Of a DNA stretch of 64,000 bases, positions 51,373 to 60,879 are shown piece by piece. This DNA is from Candidatus Babeliales bacterium (lineage in GTDB: Bacteria; Babelota; Babeliae; Babelales; JANWKD01). The first letter of the stretch is position 1. Each line of letters begins with the position of its first letter. The stretch is taken from the NCBI GenBank assembly GCA_963762115.1, contig CAVXJH010000003.1:384001-448000 (forward strand), read 5' to 3'. The translations under genes were made by a program, and so were the position numbers. A model generated the notes under the pieces. It saw only the letters and a list, made by a program, of their open reading frames with translations. It ran no database searches and had not been told where the DNA came from.

Positions 51373-52683
51373 ATGGCAAAAGTAATAATAATTGGAGCTG
51401 GGCTTACCGGGATTTCAACGGCCTATCATTTAGAAAAAAATAATTTTTTTGACTACCTTATGGTTGAGAAAGATGCAACAATAGGCGGTCTTTGTCGTTC
51501 AATTTGTGAAGATGGATTCACTTTTGATTATACCGGCCATTTACTGCATGCAAGCGATCAAGGATTTCAAAAATTAATTTATGATGTTGTTGGTATTGAC
51601 ACCTTAAATAGTATTTTCCGACGCTCATTTATTTATTCTCAAGATACTTTCACCAAATACCCCTATCAAATAAATTTATATGGATTGCCACCAAAAACTA
51701 TCGCTGAATGCATTGAAGGCTTTGCAACACGCAAAAAAAGTAAAAAACAATCACACGCTTTTTACGATTATGTCTTAGAAAATTTTGGAAAAGGAATTGC
51801 AAAAAACTTCTTTTTCCCCTTTCAAAAGAAAATATTTGCTTATAATTTAAAAAAAATCACCTCAACATGGATGGGGCGATTTGTACCTTCAACGTCATTA
51901 GAGCAAATGGTAAAAGGAGCATTAGTTGATGCAACACTCGAAAATAAGGTTGGCTACAATGCCCATTTTTATTATCCAAAACAAGGTGGCATACAATCAT
52001 GGATCACCAAATTAGCACAACAATTAAAAAATCCAATTCAAACTGAATGCGGCGTAACAAACATTGATCTTCGCACTAAGCAAGTTACCTTTTCAAATAA
52101 TCAGCATGAATCATTTGATATACTCATCAACACAATGCCACTTGATCAGTTATTGCAACGCTTGGAAGAAAAAACAAATAGCAGCTTAAAACAGGCTGCC
52201 AAAAATTTAATCTGTAATTCTGTTGTCAACTTTAATCTTGGCATTGCTCGCCCAGACATTTCTGATAAACATTGGATCTATTTTCCTGAATCAACCTATC
52301 CCTTTTATCGGCTTGGCTTTCCTCATAATTTTGCTCAAAGCATGGCGCCTGAAGGATTTAGTTCTTTATATGGAGAATTTTCGTTTATCAACAAGTCTCC
52401 ACGCTATGTAAAAGAGAAACTACATGCATCATTAACAGCAACAAAAAAGTTGTTTAACCTTAATCAAAAAGAAATAGTTACCGAAAAAATTATTCCCATT
52501 TCTCATGCCTATGTTATTTATGATTTTTGGCGAGAAAAAAATCTTCCTAAAATTCATCAACATTTACAAACGCAGAATATTCACTCAGTTGGTCGTTATG
52601 GAGAATGGAAATATTCAAGTATGCAAGAAGCAGTGCTCGATGGAAAAAAGATCGCAGAACAACTCATTGCAACGATACGGTAA
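51373..52683 (+). CDS. FAD-dependent oxidoreductase, UDP-galactopyranose mutase-like
   Basis: GAGLTG, GGLCRS, FDYTGHLLH, INTMPLD, YFPE..YPFYR, GRYGEWKY. Confidence 0.8.
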   Translation: MAKVIIIGAGLTGISTAYHLEKNNFFDYLMVEKDATIGGLCRSICEDGFTFDYTGHLLHASDQGFQKLIYDVVGIDTLNSIFRRSFIYSQDTFTKYPYQINLYGLPPKTIAECIEGFATRKKSKKQSHAFYDYVLENFGKGIAKNFFFPFQKKIFAYNLKKITSTWMGRFVPSTSLEQMVKGALVDATLENKVGYNAHFYYPKQGGIQSWITKLAQQLKNPIQTECGVTNIDLRTKQVTFSNNQHESFDILINTMPLDQLLQRLEEKTNSSLKQAAKNLICNSVVNFNLGIARPDISDKHWIYFPESTYPFYRLGFPHNFAQSMAPEGFSSLYGEFSFINKSPRYVKEKLHASLTATKKLFNLNQKEIVTEKIIPISHAYVIYDFWREKNLPKIHQHLQTQNIHSVGRYGEWKYSSMQEAVLDGKKIAEQLIATIR

Positions 52684-52709
52684 TATATAAAAAAGAGTAG
52701 GATTTTCGT

Positions 52710-53678
52710 ATGAAAGCATTTTATAATCAATGCAATGTGTTAGTCACTGGCGGCGCAGGATTTATCGGTTCACATATTGCGCAAACACTTGTTCAGTATG
52801 GTGCTTATGTTACCATTTTAGATAATTTCAAAACAGGAAAAATAGAAAATATTGCCAACATCAAACAATCTATTGCCCTCATCGAAGGTGATATTACGCA
52901 CTACGAAACATGCATAAAAGCAACGACATATCAGCAACTCATATTTCATTGTGCTGCAGAAACATCCGTTCCTGGTTCTATGCAAGATCCCCTCACCTGC
53001 CATACCGTCAATGTTACTGGTACTGCACATATGCTTGAAGCAGCGCGACACAATAAGGTAAAACGATTTGTCTTTTCTTCATCTTCAGCAGTATATGGCC
53101 AACAACCTGGCCTATGCACCGAAACAGCACTTTGCAATCCAACGTCTCCCTATGGCCTTTCAAAACTTATCGGTGAACTGCTTTGCAAACAATATACAAG
53201 CAATTTTGATCTAGAAACAATCAGTTTACGTTATTTTAATGTTTTTGGACCTCGTCAAGACCCTTTTGCCCCCTATGCTTCAGTAATTGCTCATTTTAAA
53301 GCAACAATGGCAGCAAATAAACCTATCGCCATCTTTGGGGATGGCCTGCAAACACGCGATTTTGTTCCCGTGAGTCAAATTGTAGAGACAAATCTTAAGG
53401 TAGGAATGCTCCCCGCTCAAGCCATTTCTGGCAGCGTTCTCAATTGCGCAACGGGTACAAGCATAACGCTACTGCAATTGATACAAAAATTAAAACATGA
53501 ATTCCCAAATTTTACCGAATCAATAACGTTCGCTCCTGCACGACCAGGTGATATAAAGCACACCAGTGCTGACTGTTCACGATATAAAAAATTAATGGAA
53601 CAGTATCAAGAACAATTTGGTATGCCAGCTTATCAAACAGAAAGCATATCAACTCCGATAAATCTCGAAATTTGCTAA
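52710..53678 (+). CDS. NAD-dependent nucleotide-sugar epimerase/dehydratase
   Basis: TGGAGFIG, SSSAVYG, YGLSK, LRYFNVFGPRQ, GDGLQTRDF, RPGDI. Confidence 0.93.
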   Translation: MKAFYNQCNVLVTGGAGFIGSHIAQTLVQYGAYVTILDNFKTGKIENIANIKQSIALIEGDITHYETCIKATTYQQLIFHCAAETSVPGSMQDPLTCHTVNVTGTAHMLEAARHNKVKRFVFSSSSAVYGQQPGLCTETALCNPTSPYGLSKLIGELLCKQYTSNFDLETISLRYFNVFGPRQDPFAPYASVIAHFKATMAANKPIAIFGDGLQTRDFVPVSQIVETNLKVGMLPAQAISGSVLNCATGTSITLLQLIQKLKHEFPNFTESITFAPARPGDIKHTSADCSRYKKLMEQYQEQFGMPAYQTESISTPINLEIC

Positions 53679-53907
53679 TGCTACCATCATTTTTATTGAA
53701 AATATGCTGACTCAGCCAGCAATTTTCACCTTTTTCGGGAAAATGACTTTATTTTTTTGTATGATTTTACCGTTTTTATAATTTTCCCACACATAAAAAA
53801 ACATTCAAACAAGATTAAAAACAGGGCTTTTCGCTTGCCTTTTTTGTCAATCATGATAATATTATAGCATAACTGTAATTTTTCTACTTAAAACAAAGGA
53901 GTTGCTC

Positions 53908-55425
53908 ATGAAAAAAATAATAATAACTTTTTTTATAATGCTTTTTACCCTGCCAAGTATCTTCGGCATGGAAGAAGATCAATCAAATAAGCGACAAGAA
54001 ATAGGATATTTAGAAGCCGCAACTCAAGCAGCGGCTACTCCTAAATTACGCCTTAAACAGCATTTTAAGAGCCTAAAACATCGCTGCTTAGATCAGGTTG
54101 CTTCAACTACTACTCAAAACATTGATACCAACAGCCCTCTTGAAAGTAAGCCAATGCTTGAAGAGCTACAAAATAGTATGCCCGAAGAGCTTTATAGTGA
54201 ATTACTCATTCACTTAGAAAAAGGCACACAACCAATATGGACACAAGCTGCTTTCGTACGAGGTAAGCTTAAAGCCCATAAAACTATTAATAACGGCAGC
54301 AATGTTGCCTTTCTTGATACTTATTTTAAGATTGATCCTGCTCAATGCCATTACATACCTCTTAAACATTCCCGAATGACTCTTTCTAAAGATTTTACTT
54401 TTATCAATAAAGTTAGATTTTTAGCCTCCGCACAAACAAGCAATTATATTGCTTTAGCTAATGAAGGCGAGCTTACTTTGTGGAACACAGAAAATGGCAC
54501 AGAAAGTTTTATACCGATCTGCAATACCCCTATGAAGCATTCGCAAAAGATACTTTCACTCCTTGAAGATGAAGAATTAACAACATTAACTTTTTCTGCC
54601 GATGGAACATCATTAATCCTTGGAACTGATAAAGGTCGATGCATTTTCATTAATAACATCACACAAAATCTAGATTTTGATACTCCTGAATATCGCCCTT
54701 ATTTTTCTTCAGCGATTACCGCATTAACCTGTTCTCGCGATGGAGAATATCTTCTAGCGGCAAATGATGAAGGAACCATAGTACTCTCTGAAAAAGAAAA
54801 TAACTATGCTACTGCGCAACAAGTCCCTATAAATGTGCCAAAAAACAAATTCATTCGCGGTATCATCATATCACCTGATAACAGTATTATTGCCTGTAAT
54901 GCAGATGAACAAGAATGTTATTTTTATCATACAACCTTAGAAAAAACCGTTTGTTATCCAAGATCACATTTTTTTGATATTGATAACGATAATTTAGCTC
55001 TCACCCGCGTTTTTGATAACAATCACAACTTTCTTGCGTATCTAGAAATAAATTTCACCACTGAAATTGCTGACATTAAAAAGGCATTTATTTTACCAAA
55101 AAACACTCAATTATGCCCAACCAATAAACACATGCCCTCATCATCAGCTCCTTGCCTTCTTGATATTGACCCAGATGAAGAAGAAACAACATGCATTCTT
55201 AAACCAAAAAGACCTGATATTGATGAACTGCTGTTCAAATTGGCTGTGCAAAAATGTAATAACTCACCAAATAAAGCTGATCTTTTAGCAGAATTAGTAA
55301 AAAATAATTTGAACCATGTTGCAACATTTGAAGGAATTCATGGGTCAACACAATCAAATTTATTAGAAGAATATATTAAATACTTACAACAACCTGCACA
55401 AGAACAACAACCCGCACAAGAATAA
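53908..55425 (+). CDS. Secreted WD40-like beta-propeller protein
   Basis: Signal ending IFG-MEE; repeats LTTLTFSADG..LILG, ITALTCSRDG..LLAA, IRGIIISPDNS; SLKHRCLDQV motif near the N-terminus. Confidence 0.8.
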   Translation: MKKIIITFFIMLFTLPSIFGMEEDQSNKRQEIGYLEAATQAAATPKLRLKQHFKSLKHRCLDQVASTTTQNIDTNSPLESKPMLEELQNSMPEELYSELLIHLEKGTQPIWTQAAFVRGKLKAHKTINNGSNVAFLDTYFKIDPAQCHYIPLKHSRMTLSKDFTFINKVRFLASAQTSNYIALANEGELTLWNTENGTESFIPICNTPMKHSQKILSLLEDEELTTLTFSADGTSLILGTDKGRCIFINNITQNLDFDTPEYRPYFSSAITALTCSRDGEYLLAANDEGTIVLSEKENNYATAQQVPINVPKNKFIRGIIISPDNSIIACNADEQECYFYHTTLEKTVCYPRSHFFDIDNDNLALTRVFDNNHNFLAYLEINFTTEIADIKKAFILPKNTQLCPTNKHMPSSSAPCLLDIDPDEEETTCILKPKRPDIDELLFKLAVQKCNNSPNKADLLAELVKNNLNHVATFEGIHGSTQSNLLEEYIKYLQQPAQEQQPAQE

Positions 55426-55433
55426 CTCATTAT

Positions 55434-55470
55434 TGATAGAGGTCGCCGCAAGATGTGCGACCTCCTATCA
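55434..55470 (+). terminator. Hairpin/terminator before dnaJ
   Basis: tgatagaggtcgc...gcgacctcctatca followed by T-rich sequence. Confidence 0.6.
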
Positions 55471-55478
55471 TTTGATTT

Positions 55479-55507
55479 TTGCCGTTTTTTTTATTTATTG
55501 TTATACT
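55479..55507 (+). promoter_or_regulatory. Sigma70-type promoter of dnaJ
   Basis: TTGCCG-17 nt-TATACT with extended -10 TG. Confidence 0.5.
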
Positions 55508-55565
55508 TTTTTATACATTAAAAATTCTTTTAACAACCATTTTTCATTAACGTTAGCTTACCTTT

Positions 55566-56696
55566 ATGAAACAAGATTATTATGAAATATTAGGCGTTTC
55601 CAAAACGGCATCACAAGATGAGATAAAAAGCGCCTATAGAAAATTAGCCCTCAAATATCATCCTGATCGAAATCCAGGAAATACTGAAGCGGAAGAAAAA
55701 TTTAAAGCTGCTGCTGAAGCATACCAAGTTTTATCTGATCAAGAAAAACGCAAACATTATGATCAGTTTGGCACTGCCGATATGAACAACATGGGCGGTT
55801 ATGGCCAAGACATGAATATGGAAGACATATTCGAAAATTTCGGTGATATTTTCGAAACCCTCTTTGGTGGTGCTGGTGGCGGCCGCAAAAAAAGTAGTAA
55901 AGCGAGTGGTCCAACACCAAGGCGCGGTCATGATCTCAACAAGGAAATAACTCTCTCCCTAAAAGAATCTTATTTGGGAGCCAAAAAAGATATCAGTTAT
56001 TACCGTTTTGTCACCTGTGAAACATGCTCTGGCAAAGGTGCAAAGCCGGGAACTTCAGCACAAATGTGTACAACATGTCATGGCTCTGGCCAACAACAAT
56101 ACCGTCAAGGTTTTTTTGCTTTTAGTCAGCCATGTTCAACATGTGCGGGTCAAGGATTCATTATTCCTTCACCATGTACTGCATGCAAAGGACAAAGCCG
56201 CGTGCAAAAACTTGATAAATTCTCTATCACCATTCCTCAAGGCATCTACAATAATGCTGAATTACGAGTACAAGGAAAAGGCGATGAAGGCGTTTTCGGT
56301 GGTGGCGCGGGCGATCTATTTGTTCGTATTATTGTTACTGAAGATAAAAAATTTAAACGTATTGATGATGATCTAACCTGTTCATTAATGCTTACCTACC
56401 CTGAATTAGTACTCGGTTGTCAAATAGAAATGGAAAATATTAACGGCACTAAAGAATCGATCAAAGTTCCCAAAGGATCTCCCGTACATCATAAAATTAT
56501 AATTCCGGGCAAAGGATTCGCTCATTTGCGCGGCAAAGGTGCAGGAAACTTAGTCGTTACCTTAAATTGTCATATACCAACCAAACTTTCAAAAGAAGCA
56601 AAAGAATCGCTCAACGCCTACTCAGAAATTATCGGCACTGATGTTAGCGATACTGATACGAGCATTGTAGGATTTTTTAAAAAATTTTTAGGATAA
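55566..56696 (+). CDS. dnaJ: Chaperone DnaJ
   Basis: J domain with HPD, G/F region, four CxxCxGxG-type repeats. Confidence 0.98.
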   Translation: MKQDYYEILGVSKTASQDEIKSAYRKLALKYHPDRNPGNTEAEEKFKAAAEAYQVLSDQEKRKHYDQFGTADMNNMGGYGQDMNMEDIFENFGDIFETLFGGAGGGRKKSSKASGPTPRRGHDLNKEITLSLKESYLGAKKDISYYRFVTCETCSGKGAKPGTSAQMCTTCHGSGQQQYRQGFFAFSQPCSTCAGQGFIIPSPCTACKGQSRVQKLDKFSITIPQGIYNNAELRVQGKGDEGVFGGGAGDLFVRIIVTEDKKFKRIDDDLTCSLMLTYPELVLGCQIEMENINGTKESIKVPKGSPVHHKIIIPGKGFAHLRGKGAGNLVVTLNCHIPTKLSKEAKESLNAYSEIIGTDVSDTDTSIVGFFKKFLG

Positions 56697-56723
56697 TCAA
56701 CCCAAAACAAAAAAGGAGTAATC

Positions 56724-57305
56724 GTGGTTATACGTTCTTTACAAAATGGTTTTGCCTTAAGCTTTGTTCTCTCAAGTTTGCTTTTAGCAACTGGCTGCAC
56801 ATCGCAAAAAGAGCAATGTTCAATCGAAGGTTCCGAAGCAAATAAAATCACAACACGAGCAGCTGATGCACAAACAGCTCAAAAAACATTAGAGAACAAT
56901 CAAATTGATAAACAAACAGAAAGTGATAAATCAATGACAAAAATAAAAACCGCTTCAGGATTAGAATACGAAATCTTAGAAAAAGGCGATGAAACATCAA
57001 CAACACCCGCCAAAGGAGCTAATGTCGTTGTGCATTATACCGGTTGGCTAGCTGATGCACAAGGAAACCCACGCTTAGATAAAAAATTCGATAGCAGCGT
57101 TGATAGAGGACAACCATTTCAATTTAAAATCGGCATAGGCATGGTTATAAAAGGTTGGGATGAAGGAGTGCTTTCTATGCACAAAGGCGAAAAACGTCGC
57201 TTATTCATACCAGCAAAACTTGGCTATGGTGCATCTGGTGCTGGGGCAGTTATTCCACCTAATGCTAACCTTATTTTTGACGTGGAATTAATTAATTTTA
57301 ATTAA
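56724..57305 (+). CDS. FKBP-type peptidyl-prolyl isomerase, predicted lipoprotein
   Basis: Lipobox LATG-C; VHYTG, FDSS, VIKGWDEG, GEKR.L.IP..LGYG, IPPNANLIFDVEL. Confidence 0.93.
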   Translation: MVIRSLQNGFALSFVLSSLLLATGCTSQKEQCSIEGSEANKITTRAADAQTAQKTLENNQIDKQTESDKSMTKIKTASGLEYEILEKGDETSTTPAKGANVVVHYTGWLADAQGNPRLDKKFDSSVDRGQPFQFKIGIGMVIKGWDEGVLSMHKGEKRRLFIPAKLGYGASGAGAVIPPNANLIFDVELINFN

Positions 57306-57318
57306 TCACCATTTTTTC

Positions 57319-57374
57319 AAAAAAAGTAATAAAAAAAGCCTCCAAGACTGGGGGCTTTTTTTATTACTTTTTTT
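57319..57374 (+). terminator. Intrinsic terminator after dnaJ-FKBP
   Basis: Long inverted repeat aaaaaaagtaataaaaaaagcc / ggctttttttattacttttttt. Confidence 0.85.
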
Positions 57375-57541
57375 CACTTGAAAAAGGCCCAAAAACCGTT
57401 TAGAACCCTTGCTTTTTTTAAGCTGCCTTTGTTATGCTTATAGATGAAAGATATGATAAAGCTACCTTACAGGTTAGCTCAATAATCATACATACAACTC
57501 ACTTGAGCTGTATACTATTTTATTTTTAGAAGGAGAAACTC

Positions 57542-58084
57542 ATGAAAAAATTTATTATTTCAACATTTGCCCTCTTGTTAACTCTTGCAGCTATAGTTCC
57601 TGCCAATGCTGCTAAACTTGGCTATCCAACCTATACTGCTAAACTTGGCTATCCAACCTATACTGCTAAACTTGGCTATCAAGGAGAAAATCCAAAAACA
57701 GCAATAATACCAGCAACGTCAAATGCTGATGCATATTGTATAATTTTAAAAGAAGTACATGAAGCATTTGATGATAAAAAAGCAGGAGAATATATAAATA
57801 AACTTGCTAAAGAACAAAAAGAGAATGAAGCTAAAGCAAAAAACGCAAAAACAAAAAAAGAAAAAGAAGAAGCCGCAAAAGAAGCTCTTGATCTCGAAGT
57901 AAAAGCGCAATTGATTAATGTAATTGCGAAAAATGTTTCTGATCAAGTAGCCCTTGATGTAATTGGCCGCAAAAAAACCCAAGCAGAACAAGCAACAGCA
58001 GAAAAAGAACATAATGAAGCACAAGATGTTGCTGATGCTGCAAAAGTTACCGCTAAAACTGCCATAAAAGCTGTGACTAAATAA
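57542..58084 (+). CDS. Secreted A/K/E-rich protein with N-terminal 9-aa repeats
   Basis: aaggag SD; signal ending ANA; AKLGYPTYT x2 plus AKLGY. Confidence 0.8.
   Translation: MKKFIISTFALLLTLAAIVPANAAKLGYPTYTAKLGYPTYTAKLGYQGENPKTAIIPATSNADAYCIILKEVHEAFDDKKAGEYINKLAKEQKENEAKAKNAKTKKEKEEAAKEALDLEVKAQLINVIAKNVSDQVALDVIGRKKTQAEQATAEKEHNEAQDVADAAKVTAKTAIKAVTK
57611..57680 (+). repeat. In-frame 27-bp tandem repeat (about 2.6 copies)
   Basis: gctaaacttggctatccaacctatact at 57611 and 57638, partial copy 57665-57680. Confidence 0.95.
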
Positions 58085-58100
58085 CATCGTATTAAATACT

Positions 58101-58131
58101 ATCGGGGCTCTTTTTTTACATGAGCCCCGAT
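58101..58131 (+). terminator. Hairpin after the 57542 gene
   Basis: atcggggctc / gagccccgat inverted repeat. Confidence 0.6.
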
Positions 58132-58174
58132 GCTTTGAAAAAGAAAAACGATGATTTACAAATGAGAGAGAATC

Positions 58175-58390
58175 ATGAAAAAGTTTATTATTGTAACAAT
58201 ACTATTATCAATAAGCGGAACATTAATAAATAATATTAATGCGCGAGGCAATATATTACCTCCGGGTAGTATATCAGGTGAAACTGTAGAACGAGAAAAA
58301 AAATATCAAGAGAGAATAAGAAAACAGCAACAAGAATCAGAAGCAAGAAGAAAAAAAATAAGAGAAGGATATGCTCATGGAAAAAAATAA
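58175..58390 (+). CDS. Small secreted basic protein
   Basis: MKKFII signal ending INA; charged helix. Confidence 0.65.
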   Translation: MKKFIIVTILLSISGTLINNINARGNILPPGSISGETVEREKKYQERIRKQQQESEARRKKIREGYAHGKK

Positions 58391-58502
58391 GATTTTTACA
58401 ATGACACTTTTATGCACAATGCTAACCTTTAATGCTTTGCGTAGTGCACCAAGAACCTCTGCCAAAACTCATCATCCTTATCAGTTATTTACTAATGCAT
58501 AA
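58377..58502 (+). CDS. Unannotated 41-aa secreted peptide
   Basis: Translated by hand: MEKNKIFTMTLLCTMLTFNALRSAPRTSAKTHHPYQLFTNA; gaagga SD inside the upstream gene; followed by hairpin aagggtg/caccctt. Confidence 0.55.
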   Translation: MEKNKIFTMTLLCTMLTFNALRSAPRTSAKTHHPYQLFTNA

Positions 58503-58589
58503 AATAAATCAAGGGTGCGAATATTACACCCTTATTTGTAATAAAAAATAAGAATAAACTATAATAATTTTAAATAGAGGAAAAATTAC

Positions 58590-59051
58590 ATGAAAAAAAT
58601 TAATAAAATAATAATCATCTTATACGGCTTATTTATAATGAATGGTCTACATGCAGAAACAAAGAATGCATTAGCAGTACAAATTGATAACAAAATTCTT
58701 ACAGAAGATATTTCAACGCTCATAAAAGATTTACAATGGGCCATTACTAATAAACAAAGCGGCGCTTATTTTAAAAAAATTGCCGATAACGCGCAAGCCC
58801 TTGTGGTAAAAATAAAAAATGCCCCAACAATCACCGAAAAAACAATGCTTATTGCAGAATTAGCAAATGAAGCTTTTAAATCTGGTGTATTACAATCATA
58901 CGTCAAAAATGCCTTGTTGCTTCTTAGTATCGACCCCAATAAAAAAGGTGAATCATATGAACTAGCACAAAAAGAATTAAGTACTGCAAACTCATATGCT
59001 GATATAGTTCGTTTAGCAGCAGAGGAAGGCGCAATTGCATTTGTTCAATAA
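58590..59051 (+). CDS. Hypothetical secreted helical protein
   Basis: gagg SD; signal ending LHA. Confidence 0.7.
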   Translation: MKKINKIIIILYGLFIMNGLHAETKNALAVQIDNKILTEDISTLIKDLQWAITNKQSGAYFKKIADNAQALVVKIKNAPTITEKTMLIAELANEAFKSGVLQSYVKNALLLLSIDPNKKGESYELAQKELSTANSYADIVRLAAEEGAIAFVQ

Positions 59052-59092
59052 TTCAATATACCTCTTTAGTTGCCAGTGATGAAAGGAATCAC

Positions 59093-59335
59093 ATGAAAAA
59101 ATTAAATTTGATATTATTATTTATAGGTAATCTGCTAATACTAAACACAATGAACGGAAAAGAAGAGGCAATCAAAAAACCTGTATTCCATAAACCCTTA
59201 GTGCAAAGCAAAAAAAATGGTCAATTTATGACTATTAAACCTCTTGCCAAAAATAATACAGCTGAAAAATCAGTACATGAAAGAACAATGAAACCAGTTA
59301 AATCAAAAGAAATAGAAACAATTAACTTTATGTAA
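59093..59335 (+). CDS. Small secreted Lys-rich protein
   Basis: aagga SD; MKKLNL signal peptide. Confidence 0.65.
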   Translation: MKKLNLILLFIGNLLILNTMNGKEEAIKKPVFHKPLVQSKKNGQFMTIKPLAKNNTAEKSVHERTMKPVKSKEIETINFM

Positions 59336-59390
59336 AAAACAGTAGCTTTTCCTTCATGAAATCAACCACATCTAAAATTTGTTACAAATA

Positions 59391-59419
59391 TTGATTTTTA
59401 TTGAGTTTTTTGCTATAAT
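59391..59419 (+). promoter_or_regulatory. Sigma70-type promoter
   Basis: TTGATT-17 nt-TATAAT with extended -10 TG. Confidence 0.6.
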
Positions 59420-59498
59420 TAAAGTAAATGATTAAATTAATATTATTGCTTTTTTTTAGTTATTCAATTATAAATACCCTATTTTGAAGGAATATTAT

Positions 59499-59984
59499 AT
59501 GAAAAAAATTATGTATATACTTTTACTTGGATTCACCTTCAATGGTCTTTTTGCCATGGAAAATACAGCTGAAGATGCAGCTATTGCAGACCTTATTGAA
59601 AAAATATCAAAAAATGAACCCCAAAAAGATTTTAACAATGATATTCAAACAGATTTAAACAAACTTGAAGATGATATCAAACGCGCAGAAGAATATCATG
59701 CACAAGAAAAAGCATTCCAGGCAAAAGAAGAAGAAAAAGCCAAAGAAGCTGCTGCGTTATTAGAATTAATCGCACAGGAATCTGCTGAACAAAAAAATCT
59801 TGAAACTGCTCCAATTACATCAAAGGAAACTGAAGCGCAAGTTGCTCAAGACATCAAACAAGATGAAACGCTAGAAGAATTAGAAGCGCTCAATAAAACT
59901 GAACAAGAAATTCTCCAAGAACCAGCGTTGCAAAACGATGTTCAAGAGGCTTTAGAAAAAACTGAAGATATTGAATTATCTTAA
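59499..59984 (+). CDS. Secreted acidic coiled-coil protein
   Basis: aagga SD; signal ending LFA-MEN; E/Q/A-rich. Confidence 0.75.
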   Translation: MKKIMYILLLGFTFNGLFAMENTAEDAAIADLIEKISKNEPQKDFNNDIQTDLNKLEDDIKRAEEYHAQEKAFQAKEEEKAKEAAALLELIAQESAEQKNLETAPITSKETEAQVAQDIKQDETLEELEALNKTEQEILQEPALQNDVQEALEKTEDIELS

Positions 59985-60009
59985 TTTTATTTAATCAAAA
60001 TTTTAAAAT

Positions 60010-60039
60010 AAAAAAGGCACCTTAATTGGTGCCTTTTTT
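60010..60039. terminator. Bidirectional terminator
   Basis: aaaaaaggcacc-ttaatt-ggtgcctttttt between convergent genes. Confidence 0.85.
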
Positions 60040-60063
60040 ATTATGTTTTTATGTAAAAATTAT

Positions 60064-60687
60064 TTATGCGTTATTTGTAACCACAGATGCATTAGACATG
60101 CCTGCAATAACCGCTGCACTTATATCAGAAACTAATTTTTTTTCTAATTCTGCACTATCTGCTTTCCAACCTGCAATCGTTTCTTGCCATGATGCATTCG
60201 TATATTGAGAATGCAAAACAGTAGAAGCAACAAGCGCAAAAAACATCAAAGCTACCCCACCAAATGCAAAAGTAGCAGCGCTATGATCTAAACCATTAAT
60301 TCTATTAAGTAATCTCACAAAACCACTTCTCCAAGGTTTAACATCTTCGTCAATGAATTTAGCTTTAATATATTCAATACGAGATTGCCCATCTAAAGGT
60401 CCAGTAACGTCATCTTGATAAACAGTATCTTTTGGTTCACCAAACTGATTCAAATCATTCTTTGCAATCCAAGCTTCAATTGCTTTTTCTTCAAGAAGAT
60501 TATACAAATTTGCTGGATTCAATAGAGTTCCTGCAATAAAAGCCGCAACACCTGCTCCACCCAAAACAAAGAATGGCATCAGATTTGGCTTTTCAACAAC
60601 AGCATATGATGAAGCATTATGCATTGCAAAGATAATCAAAATAGCCGCTAAAAAGTTCTTTTTAAACTTTTGTTGTACATTTACCAT
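60064..60687 (-). CDS. Hypothetical membrane protein
   Basis: Start at MVNVQQ (60687); signal peptide plus two TM segments flanking a soluble loop. Confidence 0.7.
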   Translation of the reverse strand: MVNVQQKFKKNFLAAILIIFAMHNASSYAVVEKPNLMPFFVLGGAGVAAFIAGTLLNPANLYNLLEEKAIEAWIAKNDLNQFGEPKDTVYQDDVTGPLDGQSRIEYIKAKFIDEDVKPWRSGFVRLLNRINGLDHSAATFAFGGVALMFFALVASTVLHSQYTNASWQETIAGWKADSAELEKKLVSDISAAVIAGMSNASVVTNNA

Positions 60688-60879
60688 AAAAAAATCCCCT
60701 ATAAAAATCAAAGAAATGATACTATAAAACATTTCAATTATAGGGCAAACCGAGATTTTTTCAATTCTTTTATTTTCTTTAAGAAATGGCCATAGTAATC
60801 ATTCCAAGTATTCAGTGATTATTCTTAACAGAAAATCAACATAAAAAATAACCTAATGATCAAATATAACGACCAATGA

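Noticed and set aside
55387..55422. QQPAQE duplicated at the C-terminus of the WD40-like protein
   Set aside because: A simple 18-bp slippage duplication with no evident function.
55426..55565. CIRCE operator upstream of dnaJ (also checked upstream of lon)
   Set aside because: No TTAGCACTC-N9-GAGTGCTAA inverted repeat found.
57611..57680. 27-bp repeats as a CRISPR array
   Set aside because: The copies are contiguous with no spacers, lie in frame within a CDS, and no cas genes are present in the window.
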